DNA of 59,326 nt, from IMG/VR virus record IMGVR_UViG_3300025133_000114, positions 1 to 59,326 of that record; one strand, 5' to 3'. The stretch comes from a virus. Taxonomy: Duplodnaviria > Caudoviricetes. Below the pieces are notes generated by a model, which worked only from the letters and a program-made list of their open reading frames with translations, had not been told where the DNA came from and searched no databases. The position numbers and the translations under genes are program-made. Shown here piece by piece: positions 27,293 through 36,547 of this stretch; the stretch's first letter is position 1, and every line of letters begins with the position of its first letter.

Positions 27293-28414
27293 ATGGCTAA
27301 ATCAGTAAAGGCGGGCAAACTGTCTATCGACAAGATGCGCGACCTCATCAATCGCAAAGCGGGGATGTCCGTGGCGCATAATCTGAAAAACGAAAACCCT
27401 ACCGAAGTCAAGGAGTGGATTCCTACGGGGTCTAGGTGGCTTGATTCAATGGTCTGTAAAGGTAAGCTCGCTGGCATTCCCGTGGGCAAAGTTACAGAGA
27501 TTGCAGGTCTCGAAGCCACTGGCAAGAGCTACCTTGCAGCACAGGTTGCCGCAAATGCCCAGAAGATGGGCATTGATGTGGTCTACTTTGATTCCGAGTC
27601 TGCTATCGACCCTGCTTTCCTAAAGCGGACTGGTTGCGACCTTGAGAGCCTTTTGTACGTGCAGGCTACTTCCGTGGAGTTTGTGCTAGAGACCATCGAA
27701 GAGTTAATGGGGAGCAGTGAAAATCGTATGCTCTTTATTTGGGACTCCCTTGCTCTGACCCCCGCTGTATCAGATATCGAAGGGGATTTCAACCCTCAGT
27801 CTTCTATGGCTGTGAAGGCTCGTATTCTAGCGAAAGGTATGTCTAAGTTGACGGTGCCGATTGCGAACAGCCAGTCTACTTTTTTGGTCCTTAACCAACT
27901 GAAGACAAATATCACACGCTCTCCATCTGAAGCCATGACGACCCCGTATATGACACCGGGCGGCAAAGCCATGATCTATGCCTATTCCCTGCGTATTTGG
28001 CTGACTGGGCGCAAGGCTAAAGCCAGCTTCGTGCTGGACGACAGGGGCTACCGTATTGGCTCAGAAGTCAAGGTAAAGTTGGAAAAATCTCGGTTCGGGA
28101 CGCAAGGGAGACGGTGTAGTTTTAAAATCCTGTGGGGTGACGAGATTGGAGTCCAAGATGAGGAATCGTGGTTCGAGGCGATCAAAGGGTCTAAGCATCT
28201 TAGCAATTCTGGCTCTTGGTATTCTTTGACGCACGAGGATGGCACTGTAGACAAGTTTCAGCCTTCTAAGTGGATTGTTGCTCTGGAGAGTGACAAATTT
28301 AGGGCTCGTGTTTTACAGATTATGGACCGCGAAGTTATCCAGAAGTTTGACAATCGCGAAGGCGATGCAAAAGACTTTTATAATATGGATGAAGAGTCGA
28401 ATAATGCGGGTTGA
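27293..28414 (+). CDS. recA: RecA/UvsX recombinase
   Basis: IPTGS..LD, G.EATGKS Walker A, DSE, WDSL, NQL, TPGGKA. Confidence 0.95.
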   Translation: MAKSVKAGKLSIDKMRDLINRKAGMSVAHNLKNENPTEVKEWIPTGSRWLDSMVCKGKLAGIPVGKVTEIAGLEATGKSYLAAQVAANAQKMGIDVVYFDSESAIDPAFLKRTGCDLESLLYVQATSVEFVLETIEELMGSSENRMLFIWDSLALTPAVSDIEGDFNPQSSMAVKARILAKGMSKLTVPIANSQSTFLVLNQLKTNITRSPSEAMTTPYMTPGGKAMIYAYSLRIWLTGRKAKASFVLDDRGYRIGSEVKVKLEKSRFGTQGRRCSFKILWGDEIGVQDEESWFEAIKGSKHLSNSGSWYSLTHEDGTVDKFQPSKWIVALESDKFRARVLQIMDREVIQKFDNREGDAKDFYNMDEESNNAG

Positions 28415-28431
28415 GCCTCTGTCTAACCCGC

Positions 28432-28464
28432 TGGCACACCGGTTTATAGTGTGCCATTTTTTTT
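28432..28464 (+). terminator. Terminator hairpin with pseudoknot potential
   Basis: TGGCACAC/GTGTGCCA plus T8; loop GGTT complementary to upstream AACC. Confidence 0.75.
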
Positions 28465-28466
28465 GC

Positions 28467-28495
28467 TTGACAGACCGAATGATGTACGATAAGTT
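28467..28495 (+). promoter_or_regulatory. sigma70-like promoter
   Basis: TTGACA-17-TAAGTT. Confidence 0.55.
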
Positions 28496-28515
28496 GTTCT
28501 CACAAGGGAGGAAAA

Positions 28516-28869
28516 GTGATATATTTGAAGAATACTGCTGGCTTTTGGGGTGTCTATGCGCGTGGTCCTATTAGCCAGGGCGAAACCGTTTATGTTCTGA
28601 GACCCTTCGCGAGTCGGGCGACACCGACACGCACCTCGATTCAAATCAGTGAAGGCTTACATGCCGAGGACGAAGTAGGTCGATATATCAACCATTCTTT
28701 CGAGCCCACATGCGAAATTGACGGCGGTACGGTTCGAGCCTTAAAGGATCTTGCCTTTGGCGAAGAAATCACTTTTGATTACACAATAAACGAAAGCTAT
28801 ATCTCCTCCCCCTTTACCTGTATGCACACCGGCAGACCGGTTGGCTTGACTGAAGAGAGCGGCGAATGA
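28516..28869 (+). CDS. SET-domain protein (putative lysine methyltransferase)
   Basis: GVYA..PI..GE, RYINHS..P, A.KD...GEEITFDY, post-SET F.C. Confidence 0.9.
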   Translation: MIYLKNTAGFWGVYARGPISQGETVYVLRPFASRATPTRTSIQISEGLHAEDEVGRYINHSFEPTCEIDGGTVRALKDLAFGEEITFDYTINESYISSPFTCMHTGRPVGLTEESGE

Positions 28870-29828
28870 AGAGGCTACTGGTCATTGATGCCCTGAATAT
28901 GTATTTTAGGGCGTATATCGTGGATCCTTCTTTGTCTACCAATGGGCAACCAATTGGTGGGCTGAAAGGGTATCTAAAAATTCTTCAAAAGCTTATTCGA
29001 GAAACCAGCCCTGACGAGGTGATTGTTTGCTGGGATGGCGCTGGAGGCTCACGTCGCCGCAAGGCTAAGAACAAGAACTATAAGGCAGGTCGTTCGCCAA
29101 TCCGTCTTAACCGGGACATACGAACACTGTCCGAGGCTGAAGAGTATGAAAACAAACTATGGCAACAGCAGAGGCTGTTTGAGTATCTAAACAATATGCC
29201 GATAATCCAGTTGGTATTGGATGCAGTTGAAGCTGATGATTTGATATCCTATGTCGTACAGGATAAGAACTATAAGGGTTGGGAAAAGATTATCGTCTCC
29301 AGCGATAAAGACTTTTTTCAGCTATGCGACAACGAGACAGTGGTATACCGACCTATTCAGAAAAAGGTGGTGAATCGCAACACAATCCTTCAAGAATACA
29401 GCATTCACCCTGTTAACTTTGCACTAGCAAGAGCTATGGTAGGAGATCGTTCGGATAACCTTGAGGGTGTCCGTGGCGTCGGGTTGGCTTCTGTCGCCAA
29501 GCGCTTTGAGTTCTTGAGTGAGGACAAGGCTTACTTGGTTTCAGACATCATGAAGCGGTGCGTGGAAGTCGATAGCAAATTGAAGATTTATAAAAATGTA
29601 ATGGAAAATCAAGATCTTGTCATTCAGAATTATAGATTGATGCAACTCTATTCTCCGTCGATTTCCCCGCAAGGGAAGATGAAGATGAGATATGCTCTCG
29701 ATAATTTTGTTCCCGAGTTTAATCAGACGGGGACTAAAGCAATGATGATCCGGGACGGATTTGGCGTATGGGATTGCACAGATCTGTTCGCCTTCTTCAA
29801 ACGCATTGTCGCCAACAAAAATACTTAA
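28866..29828 (+). CDS. 5'-3' exonuclease / RNase H (PolI 5'-nuclease family)
   Basis: ID..N...R, WDG, YKA.R, EADD, SSDKD..Q, GD.SDN..GV.GVG. Confidence 0.93.
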   Translation: MKRLLVIDALNMYFRAYIVDPSLSTNGQPIGGLKGYLKILQKLIRETSPDEVIVCWDGAGGSRRRKAKNKNYKAGRSPIRLNRDIRTLSEAEEYENKLWQQQRLFEYLNNMPIIQLVLDAVEADDLISYVVQDKNYKGWEKIIVSSDKDFFQLCDNETVVYRPIQKKVVNRNTILQEYSIHPVNFALARAMVGDRSDNLEGVRGVGLASVAKRFEFLSEDKAYLVSDIMKRCVEVDSKLKIYKNVMENQDLVIQNYRLMQLYSPSISPQGKMKMRYALDNFVPEFNQTGTKAMMIRDGFGVWDCTDLFAFFKRIVANKNT

Positions 29829-29833
29829 TTTTC

Positions 29834-29862
29834 TCGACAGCGCGACACAAGTAGGCTATAAT
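29834..29862 (+). promoter_or_regulatory. sigma70-like promoter
   Basis: TCGACA-17-TATAAT. Confidence 0.7.
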
Positions 29863-29889
29863 ATAAGGACACTGTGAGGGGGGTGGTAC

Positions 29890-31245
29890 ATGTCGGAAAA
29901 GACTGACTTTGGTCGTTTCGGAAAAGCATTTCAAGAAAGTCTATGTCAGTTAATTCTGTTGGACCGACCATTTTCAGATCAGATTTCTGAAGTGCTGGAT
30001 TTGAATTTTTTGGAGCTTAAATATCTCCAGGTTTTTGTCAAGAAGATTTTTGAATATCGGCAGAAATACAGCGTTCACCCAACCACCAAGATCATGATTA
30101 CCCTCTTGCGGGTGGAACTGGATGAAGAGAACGAAGCCGTACAAAAACAAATTCGTGACTACTTTGGAAGAATCTTCAATGCAGAGGTTGAGGGTTCCGA
30201 ATACATCAAGAACACAGCTCTTGACTTTTGTAGGAAACAAAAGTTAAAGGAGGCGATGCTTCGCTCTGTCGGGTTGTTGCAGACCGCATCTTTCGATGAA
30301 ATTTCTAAAGAGATCAACGACGCTCTGAAGCTGGGTGCTTCAAACAATTATGGGTATGACTACCTGAAGGACTTTGAGCAAAGATTTGAAATTAAATCGC
30401 GTAATCCAATTTCTACTGGCTGGAAGGAGGTGGACGCTGTTTCTAAGGGAGGTCTCGGCAAGGGAGAATTAGGGGTTGTTATTGCTCCTACGGGAGCCGG
30501 CAAATCGATGGTGCTTGTTCACTTGGGAGCACAGGCAGTAAAGAGCGGGAAAACAGTTATCCACTACACTCTGGAACTCTCCGACACAATAATCGGGACT
30601 CGCTACGATAGCTGTATCACGGGGGTGCCACTTAACGATGTCTATTCCTTTAAAGAGAACATTTACGAGAAGGTGTCGGAGTTGGAGGGTTCTCTTATCA
30701 TCAAGGAGTACCCAACAAAATCAGCCACCACAAACTCTATCAAAATGCACCTTGAGAGGCTAAAAACTAGAGGCATCGAGCCCGATATGATAGTCGTAGA
30801 CTATGCCGACTTATTACGACCAATTTCAAACTTAAGAGAGAAAAGACATGAGTTGGAAACTATTTATGAACAGCTAAGAGGATTAGCCCAAGAGGCAGAA
30901 TGTCCTGTCTGGACAGCATCGCAGACAAATCGCAGTGGTCTAAACACCGAAGTGATTACGATGGAATCTATCTCGGAAGCATTTAATAAGTGCTTCGTTT
31001 CAGATTTCATTTTTTCGGTTTCTAGAACCGCTGACGATAAGGTCGCAAATACAGGGCGCATGTTCATAGCAAAAAACAGAAACGGACCAGATGGAATTAT
31101 TTACCCAATGATGATGGACACAAGCAATGTAAAGATTAAAGTCTTGCAACAGATTTCAAGAGAAGAAGTCGAGCTAAGCATGAGGTCACAGGCAGATAGT
31201 CTCCGGGAGAAATACAAGAAATTCAAAGATAAAGGGACAAATTAA
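29890..31245 (+). CDS. DnaB-like replicative helicase (T4 gp41-like)
   Basis: APTGAGKS, TLE, VDYADL, TASQTNR, KNRNGP. Confidence 0.93.
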   Translation: MSEKTDFGRFGKAFQESLCQLILLDRPFSDQISEVLDLNFLELKYLQVFVKKIFEYRQKYSVHPTTKIMITLLRVELDEENEAVQKQIRDYFGRIFNAEVEGSEYIKNTALDFCRKQKLKEAMLRSVGLLQTASFDEISKEINDALKLGASNNYGYDYLKDFEQRFEIKSRNPISTGWKEVDAVSKGGLGKGELGVVIAPTGAGKSMVLVHLGAQAVKSGKTVIHYTLELSDTIIGTRYDSCITGVPLNDVYSFKENIYEKVSELEGSLIIKEYPTKSATTNSIKMHLERLKTRGIEPDMIVVDYADLLRPISNLREKRHELETIYEQLRGLAQEAECPVWTASQTNRSGLNTEVITMESISEAFNKCFVSDFIFSVSRTADDKVANTGRMFIAKNRNGPDGIIYPMMMDTSNVKIKVLQQISREEVELSMRSQADSLREKYKKFKDKGTN

Positions 31246-31247
31246 AA

Positions 31248-33107
31248 ATGGAATTGGCGACACAGATCTTATCAAATATTGCTGTTCACATGAAGTATGC
31301 TAGGTTTTTACCGGAGAAGAGTAGACGCGAGCTTTTTGTAGAGTTGGTGGATAGAAACAAAAAGATGCATATCAAGAAATACCCGCAGTTAAAAGACGAA
31401 ATAGAGCGGGCGTATCAGTACGTGTATGATAAGAAGGTTCTTCCATCCATGCGTTCGATGCAGTTTGGGGGCAAGCCGATTGAGGTAGCCCCAAATCGAA
31501 TCTTTAATTGTGCCTACCTGCCTATAGATGATGCCCGAACCTTTGGGGAGATTATGTTCCTTCTGCTTGGGGGGACCGGTGTTGGGTACTCTGTTCAACG
31601 TCATCACATTGAAAAACTTCCAGAAATTCTTAAGCCGAGCGGAAAGCGTACTTACCGATACTTGGTGAGCGACTCTATTGAGGGGTGGGCTGATGCTGTG
31701 AAAGCGCTTGTAACCTCTTATTTTCGTGGCACATCAAAGCTGCGTTTCGATTTCTCGGATATCAGACCGAAGGGGAGCCGTTTAGTAACTTCTGGTGGGA
31801 AAGCTCCTGGTCCACAGCCTCTTAAAGAGTGTCTTCTGAAACTTGAGGGGATGCTTGAGATCAAAGAGAATGGAGACAAATTAAGTACCTTGGAAGTCCA
31901 CGATATGGTCTGCCACATTGCAGATGCGGTTTTAGCTGGAGGCATTCGTAGGGCTGCACTTATTTCGTTGTTTTCGGCTGGGGATGATGAAATGATTGGG
32001 TGTAAGGCTGGTGCGTGGTGGGAAAAGAACCCACAGCGAGGTCGAGCAAACAATTCCATTGTTCTGATGCGACATATAATTACTAAAGAATTCTTTATTG
32101 ATTTATGGGAGCGTGTCCGAGCCAGCGGTGCTGGTGAACCGGGATTCTATTTCACCTATGATAAGGACTGGGGAACGAACCCTTGTTGCGAAATTGCCTT
32201 ACGCCCGTATCAGTTCTGTAATTTGACAGAAGTTAACGTTTCAAACATCGAAACTCAAGAAGAATATGAAGCCCGAGTGAAAGCAGCCGCTTTTATTGGG
32301 ACTCTCCAAGCTTCCTATACTGATTTCCATTACCTGCGTCCGGTGTGGCAACGTACAACCGAGAGGGATGCTCTGATTGGGGTTTCTATGACTGGCATTG
32401 CTTCGGGGAAAGTCCTGAGTCTAGACATGAAAGCTACTGCTAAAATTGTAAAGGAGGAAAATGCTCGTGTCGCTGGGATTATTGGCATCAATCGCGCTGC
32501 TCGTTGTACTTGCGTTAAGCCTGCCGGAACCACTTCGTTAGCTCTTGGAACTTCGTCGGGCATCCATGCTTGGCACGCCCCTTATTATATCCGTCGTCTT
32601 AGAGTGGGTAAGAGTGAGGCAATTTATAACTATTTGGCGGAATACCATCCCGAGTTGGTAGAAGATGAATATTTTCGACCCCACGACACCGCAGTTATCT
32701 CGGTCCCGCAAAAAGCTCCGGAGGGGGCTATCTTGCGCTCGGAAAGCGCACTAGATCTTCTTGAGAGGATTAAGCGCGTTAGTTCGGAGTGGGTGAAGCG
32801 CGGACACCGAAAGGGACAGAACACACACAATGTCAGCGCAACCATCACCATCAAAGAGGACGAATGGGATGAGGTTGGGGAATGGATGTGGGATAACAAG
32901 GAGTCTTACAATGGATTATCAGTGCTCCCTCGCGACGGCGGAACTTATATTCAGGCACCATTTGAGGAGTGCGATGAGTTGACTTACAGGAGGATGATGA
33001 AGAGTCTAGAGATGGTGAATCTTGAAAACGTAACAGAGAGCCACGACAACACTGATCTCCAAGGCGAGTTGGCATGTGCTGGCGGAAGTTGCGAAATTAA
33101 TATTTAA
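31248..33107 (+). CDS. nrdJ: Class II (B12-dependent) ribonucleotide reductase
   Basis: PSMR, FNC, G.GVG, TNPCCEI, CNL, KPAGT, C-terminal CAGGSC; no beta subunit gene nearby. Confidence 0.9.
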   Translation: MELATQILSNIAVHMKYARFLPEKSRRELFVELVDRNKKMHIKKYPQLKDEIERAYQYVYDKKVLPSMRSMQFGGKPIEVAPNRIFNCAYLPIDDARTFGEIMFLLLGGTGVGYSVQRHHIEKLPEILKPSGKRTYRYLVSDSIEGWADAVKALVTSYFRGTSKLRFDFSDIRPKGSRLVTSGGKAPGPQPLKECLLKLEGMLEIKENGDKLSTLEVHDMVCHIADAVLAGGIRRAALISLFSAGDDEMIGCKAGAWWEKNPQRGRANNSIVLMRHIITKEFFIDLWERVRASGAGEPGFYFTYDKDWGTNPCCEIALRPYQFCNLTEVNVSNIETQEEYEARVKAAAFIGTLQASYTDFHYLRPVWQRTTERDALIGVSMTGIASGKVLSLDMKATAKIVKEENARVAGIIGINRAARCTCVKPAGTTSLALGTSSGIHAWHAPYYIRRLRVGKSEAIYNYLAEYHPELVEDEYFRPHDTAVISVPQKAPEGAILRSESALDLLERIKRVSSEWVKRGHRKGQNTHNVSATITIKEDEWDEVGEWMWDNKESYNGLSVLPRDGGTYIQAPFEECDELTYRRMMKSLEMVNLENVTESHDNTDLQGELACAGGSCEINI

Positions 33108-33121
33108 ACTTGGGAGAAGAC

Positions 33122-33349
33122 ATGAACTTTAATCACCTTGTCCCTGGGCACGACCTCATGGAGGAGTGTACCAAGGGCAATCACGCTTACTACCCATCAG
33201 GTCATATAGAGGCTATGGTGGGGGACAATATAGCAGTTCGATTTAGGTGCAAGAATTGTGGCAAGATTTGCACTTCATTTTTAAGCCACGATGAGTTTTA
33301 TATTCATCAAAATATTTTAGAAAAACACATTAACGACGGGAGGCTTTGA
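33122..33349 (+). CDS. Small Zn-ribbon-like hypothetical protein
   Basis: GGAG RBS; C...H and CKNC. Confidence 0.6.
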   Translation: MNFNHLVPGHDLMEECTKGNHAYYPSGHIEAMVGDNIAVRFRCKNCGKICTSFLSHDEFYIHQNILEKHINDGRL

Positions 33350-33627
33350 TGCGCTTACGGGGAAAGAACAGGTATATGGTTGTTGATCTTTACGAGCAAG
33401 AGGGGCAAGCACAAGAAACAATTGTCTTATTGCCTGACGATTACAGGGCGCAAGACAGCATTCACGCTGTGGGCACAATTAAAGAGTCAGACTCTTGTTC
33501 GACAGAATATTCAGAGGGAGATGTAGTTGTTTTCCCTAGACACTTGCTTCAAGAATTTGTCTTTAAAAGCGAGACATCCTATTTAGTGTTGGAGAACCAC
33601 ATTTTGTGTTCAATTGAAGGAGACTAG
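33346..33627 (+). CDS. groES: Co-chaperonin GroES-like
   Basis: NRY.VV, I.LPD, GD.VVF, Y.V.E..IL pattern and size. Confidence 0.7.
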   Translation: MMRLRGKNRYMVVDLYEQEGQAQETIVLLPDDYRAQDSIHAVGTIKESDSCSTEYSEGDVVVFPRHLLQEFVFKSETSYLVLENHILCSIEGD

Positions 33628-33633
33628 CTGAAA

Positions 33634-34386
33634 ATGACTTTTGAAAAGACCCTGAGACGCCTAATCAGGGAGGTAAAATCCCAAAGATATATGAATTTGG
33701 TAAATGAATCTGGATTTGCCCGTGTTCGACAAATGATGACAGGTATGGTGCCAGCTATTGGCACAATGGGAATTCTGACAGCAGAAAATCCAGATGGTGA
33801 GCGGGCTCCTGACAGCTTCAACAAGGAAGCCAATCAGAAATTGGCTGCCAAACTCGCATCCCTCAACTATGGATTTATCCCGATACAGGGTAAGTTTGGA
33901 ACTCTAGAAAATTCTTTTATTATTCCAAATATGACTCGTGACGATGTAGTTTTTCTTGGAAAGAAGTTTGGTCAGGAGGCTGTGATCTGGGGATCTAAAA
34001 TTGTTGAAGAAGTAGGTGAGCCGTTCTTTCGATTCGAGTATATTGAAGGCGATACAACCATCCAGACAAGGGATGTAAGTCTCGGTGGCGCAGCAGCGCA
34101 AGAAAGAGAAGATTTTTACTCTTCAAAGAAGGGGCGAAAGTTCTACATTCCGTTCTTTGATGATGATTATGGGGGAGCTAAGCCCGTAGACGGCGGCAGA
34201 AGAATTAGTTTAGCGAAGGATGAGTTGCCTGAAGACGAAAGGGTCAGCGAGCTTGCAGAAGAGATTAATTTTCATGTCAAGGCATCGCTACAAGAGGAGA
34301 GGACCCCCAGATCAAGGTGGCATCACCGAGGAGTTATTAAAGAATACAGAAAAATGCTTGATGAGGTGTTAAGTGAAATCGATTGA
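33634..34386 (+). CDS. DUF3293-like protein with N-terminal LRRLIRE leader
   Basis: ILTAENP, N....L...L, G.FG..E.SF, LG.KFGQEAVIW. Confidence 0.65.
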   Translation: MTFEKTLRRLIREVKSQRYMNLVNESGFARVRQMMTGMVPAIGTMGILTAENPDGERAPDSFNKEANQKLAAKLASLNYGFIPIQGKFGTLENSFIIPNMTRDDVVFLGKKFGQEAVIWGSKIVEEVGEPFFRFEYIEGDTTIQTRDVSLGGAAAQEREDFYSSKKGRKFYIPFFDDDYGGAKPVDGGRRISLAKDELPEDERVSELAEEINFHVKASLQEERTPRSRWHHRGVIKEYRKMLDEVLSEID

Positions 34387-35086
34387 ACTGTATGGAGATG
34401 GAATTGGGTATATTAACTACGTGGACCATATGGGTACAGACCTTACTATTGTTAACAGTGCTCGTGTTAGCTTTGGTAAAAACAAGGAGGAAATAGATGA
34501 GCGAGATGTTAAACTTATCAATTACCTTGTCCGAAACAAGCATACCTCCACATTTGAGCATAATCTGGTTACTTATCGCTTTACCGTGCCTCTATTCGTT
34601 CGTTCACAGCATCATCGCCATCGCACTTGGTCTTATAACGAGATCTCCAGACGTTACACTGATGTTGCTATTCGGTTCTATGAGCCCAGCGAGTTCAGAA
34701 CCCAGCACAAGTCAAACAGACAGGCGAGCAACGCCGAAGAACTAATCAACCCTGTTGTCAGGGTGCCTTATGGACCATTTGGCTATCGAGGCGAGGCAAG
34801 CAAGGTTGTTGAGGACTGGCACGAAAAGTCTCTGGAACTCTATAACAGCCTCATTGACGGCGGCGTTTGCCGAGAACAAGCAAGGGGTGTTCTACCTCAA
34901 AACATGTACACCGAGTATTATGGCACAGTCAACCTAAGTAATCTTCTAAAGTTCATTGACCTCCGCACACACGAAGGGGCACAATGGGAGATTCAAAAGG
35001 TTGCCGAGGCTTGCTTGGAGATTGCAGAAGGGCTATGGCCTGTTGCCGTAGGTGCTTATAGGAGAGCGAAGAATGAGAAAGTTTAG
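34373..35086 (+). CDS. thyX: Flavin-dependent thymidylate synthase
   Basis: ARVS, H.S.FEH, RHRTWSYNEISRRY, EQAR.VLP, LR...AQWEI. Confidence 0.97.
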   Translation: MKSIELYGDGIGYINYVDHMGTDLTIVNSARVSFGKNKEEIDERDVKLINYLVRNKHTSTFEHNLVTYRFTVPLFVRSQHHRHRTWSYNEISRRYTDVAIRFYEPSEFRTQHKSNRQASNAEELINPVVRVPYGPFGYRGEASKVVEDWHEKSLELYNSLIDGGVCREQARGVLPQNMYTEYYGTVNLSNLLKFIDLRTHEGAQWEIQKVAEACLEIAEGLWPVAVGAYRRAKNEKV

Positions 35087-35339
35087 GATTTATTCTGCGA
35101 ATTATTGCCCTTATTGTAAGGAAGCAGCTCTACTTTTGCTTTGTAAGGGGGTGAGCTTTGAAGTAATAGACGTAACGAACGATGATGAAGCCCGTGCCAA
35201 ACTATTTGAAAGCACGGGGATGAGCACGGTACCACAGATTTTTTTAGATGATGAGTTTATCGGTGGTTGTACCACCCTTTTAGCCCACGAAGAAAGCGGG
35301 GAACTAGATAACATGATTAAAGGAGAAGATAATGATTGA
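35073..35339 (+). CDS. Glutaredoxin
   Basis: CPYC, TVPQIF, IGG. Confidence 0.93.
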   Translation: MRKFRIYSANYCPYCKEAALLLLCKGVSFEVIDVTNDDEARAKLFESTGMSTVPQIFLDDEFIGGCTTLLAHEESGELDNMIKGEDND

Positions 35340-35649
35340 AATTTTAAATGAGAATAACTTTAGTGCGAAGACTGCTAGTGGAATCAGCATTGTTGATTTT
35401 TATGCCGACTGGTGTGGTCCTTGTAAGATGATGGTTCCTATTCTGGAGAGAGTATCAGAAAAGGCTAAAGCTAGGATTTGCAAGGTTAATGTAGATGATA
35501 GTCGGGAGTTGGCACAACGATTCGGGGTAAAGGGAATTCCTTTTATAGTCGTCTTGAAAGATGGCAAACCCGTTGAGCAGTCTGTTGGTCTGAAGGACGA
35601 GAAGACAATTCTTGAAATGATTGATCGACATGCAAATACACAGGTCTGA
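35332..35649 (+). CDS. trxA: Thioredoxin
   Basis: DFYADWCGPCK, IP. Confidence 0.95.
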   Translation: MIEILNENNFSAKTASGISIVDFYADWCGPCKMMVPILERVSEKAKARICKVNVDDSRELAQRFGVKGIPFIVVLKDGKPVEQSVGLKDEKTILEMIDRHANTQV

Positions 35650-36547
35650 GGCTGAAGAGGTTGTAATCGGCTCTACGCTTTCAGGACTCCTGTACGGATA
35701 TTACACAGGCGCTTCTATAGTCTATACCGAACTTAAGATACCTTTTAGGTTTGATCGCTTTGGTGCATACTTTGACTTGGACAAGGTTGTTCGACAGCCA
35801 GAGCCAAGACAATTTGTAACTTTAGATCGCAAAGAAATGGCGGGCTTGCCTAAACGAGATATGTGGGAAAAGCTGTTTTTCATACTGTCGATGTCGGGTC
35901 AGATTCCTTTCGCGGATAAAGTAAAGTCGATCAGAGTGGAAGATACCTTAAAAGTGGTTACTAGAAAAACGAATGAGATTAATTTTAACAAGTTGAGGAT
36001 ATTTGATGACACTGAAATATGGGGGATACCATCGTTGGGGACGCCGGACAAGACGACAGCGTTTCGCGTCTACGATTGGATTAATGTCCATTCTGGTACC
36101 ACTCATGGTCTGGATTATATTGCTGACATTGCTGGGTCTGTTATAGAGAAGGTTATTTTCTACCCCTCGGATAGAGTTGACGGGAACCACAACAAGAAAG
36201 ATATTGTATGCATCTCTAACATGTCAGAAAATCAGTTAAACGATTATCGTTTTTCGGATACCTATGTTCGCTTCAAGATTGAAAAACTGATGAAAGAAGC
36301 TGGGATCAGAGGGAGAAGGAACGGGAGAGACCAGCTTAACCCAGAAAAATACAAATATTATGCCCTCAAGCTTGAGTCTGCCGAAAGACAGATCGAAAGA
36401 ATAGGGTTCAGCCACAGGAGTGATATTAAGAATGTTGTTCTCGATTCGAGAACTCCAGAAGAAATCATTAGACACTTTCGTGGGACAAGACCCACGGGCT
36501 ATCTGGGGAAAATCGCAAAATGCCTGCAAACACATACTTCCATTTAG
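35630..36547 (+). CDS. Hypothetical protein, possibly a degenerate FAD/Rossmann-fold protein
   Basis: N-terminal VVIGSTLSGL resembles a GxGxxG dinucleotide-binding start. Confidence 0.5.
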   Translation: MQIHRSEAEEVVIGSTLSGLLYGYYTGASIVYTELKIPFRFDRFGAYFDLDKVVRQPEPRQFVTLDRKEMAGLPKRDMWEKLFFILSMSGQIPFADKVKSIRVEDTLKVVTRKTNEINFNKLRIFDDTEIWGIPSLGTPDKTTAFRVYDWINVHSGTTHGLDYIADIAGSVIEKVIFYPSDRVDGNHNKKDIVCISNMSENQLNDYRFSDTYVRFKIEKLMKEAGIRGRRNGRDQLNPEKYKYYALKLESAERQIERIGFSHRSDIKNVVLDSRTPEEIIRHFRGTRPTGYLGKIAKCLQTHTSI

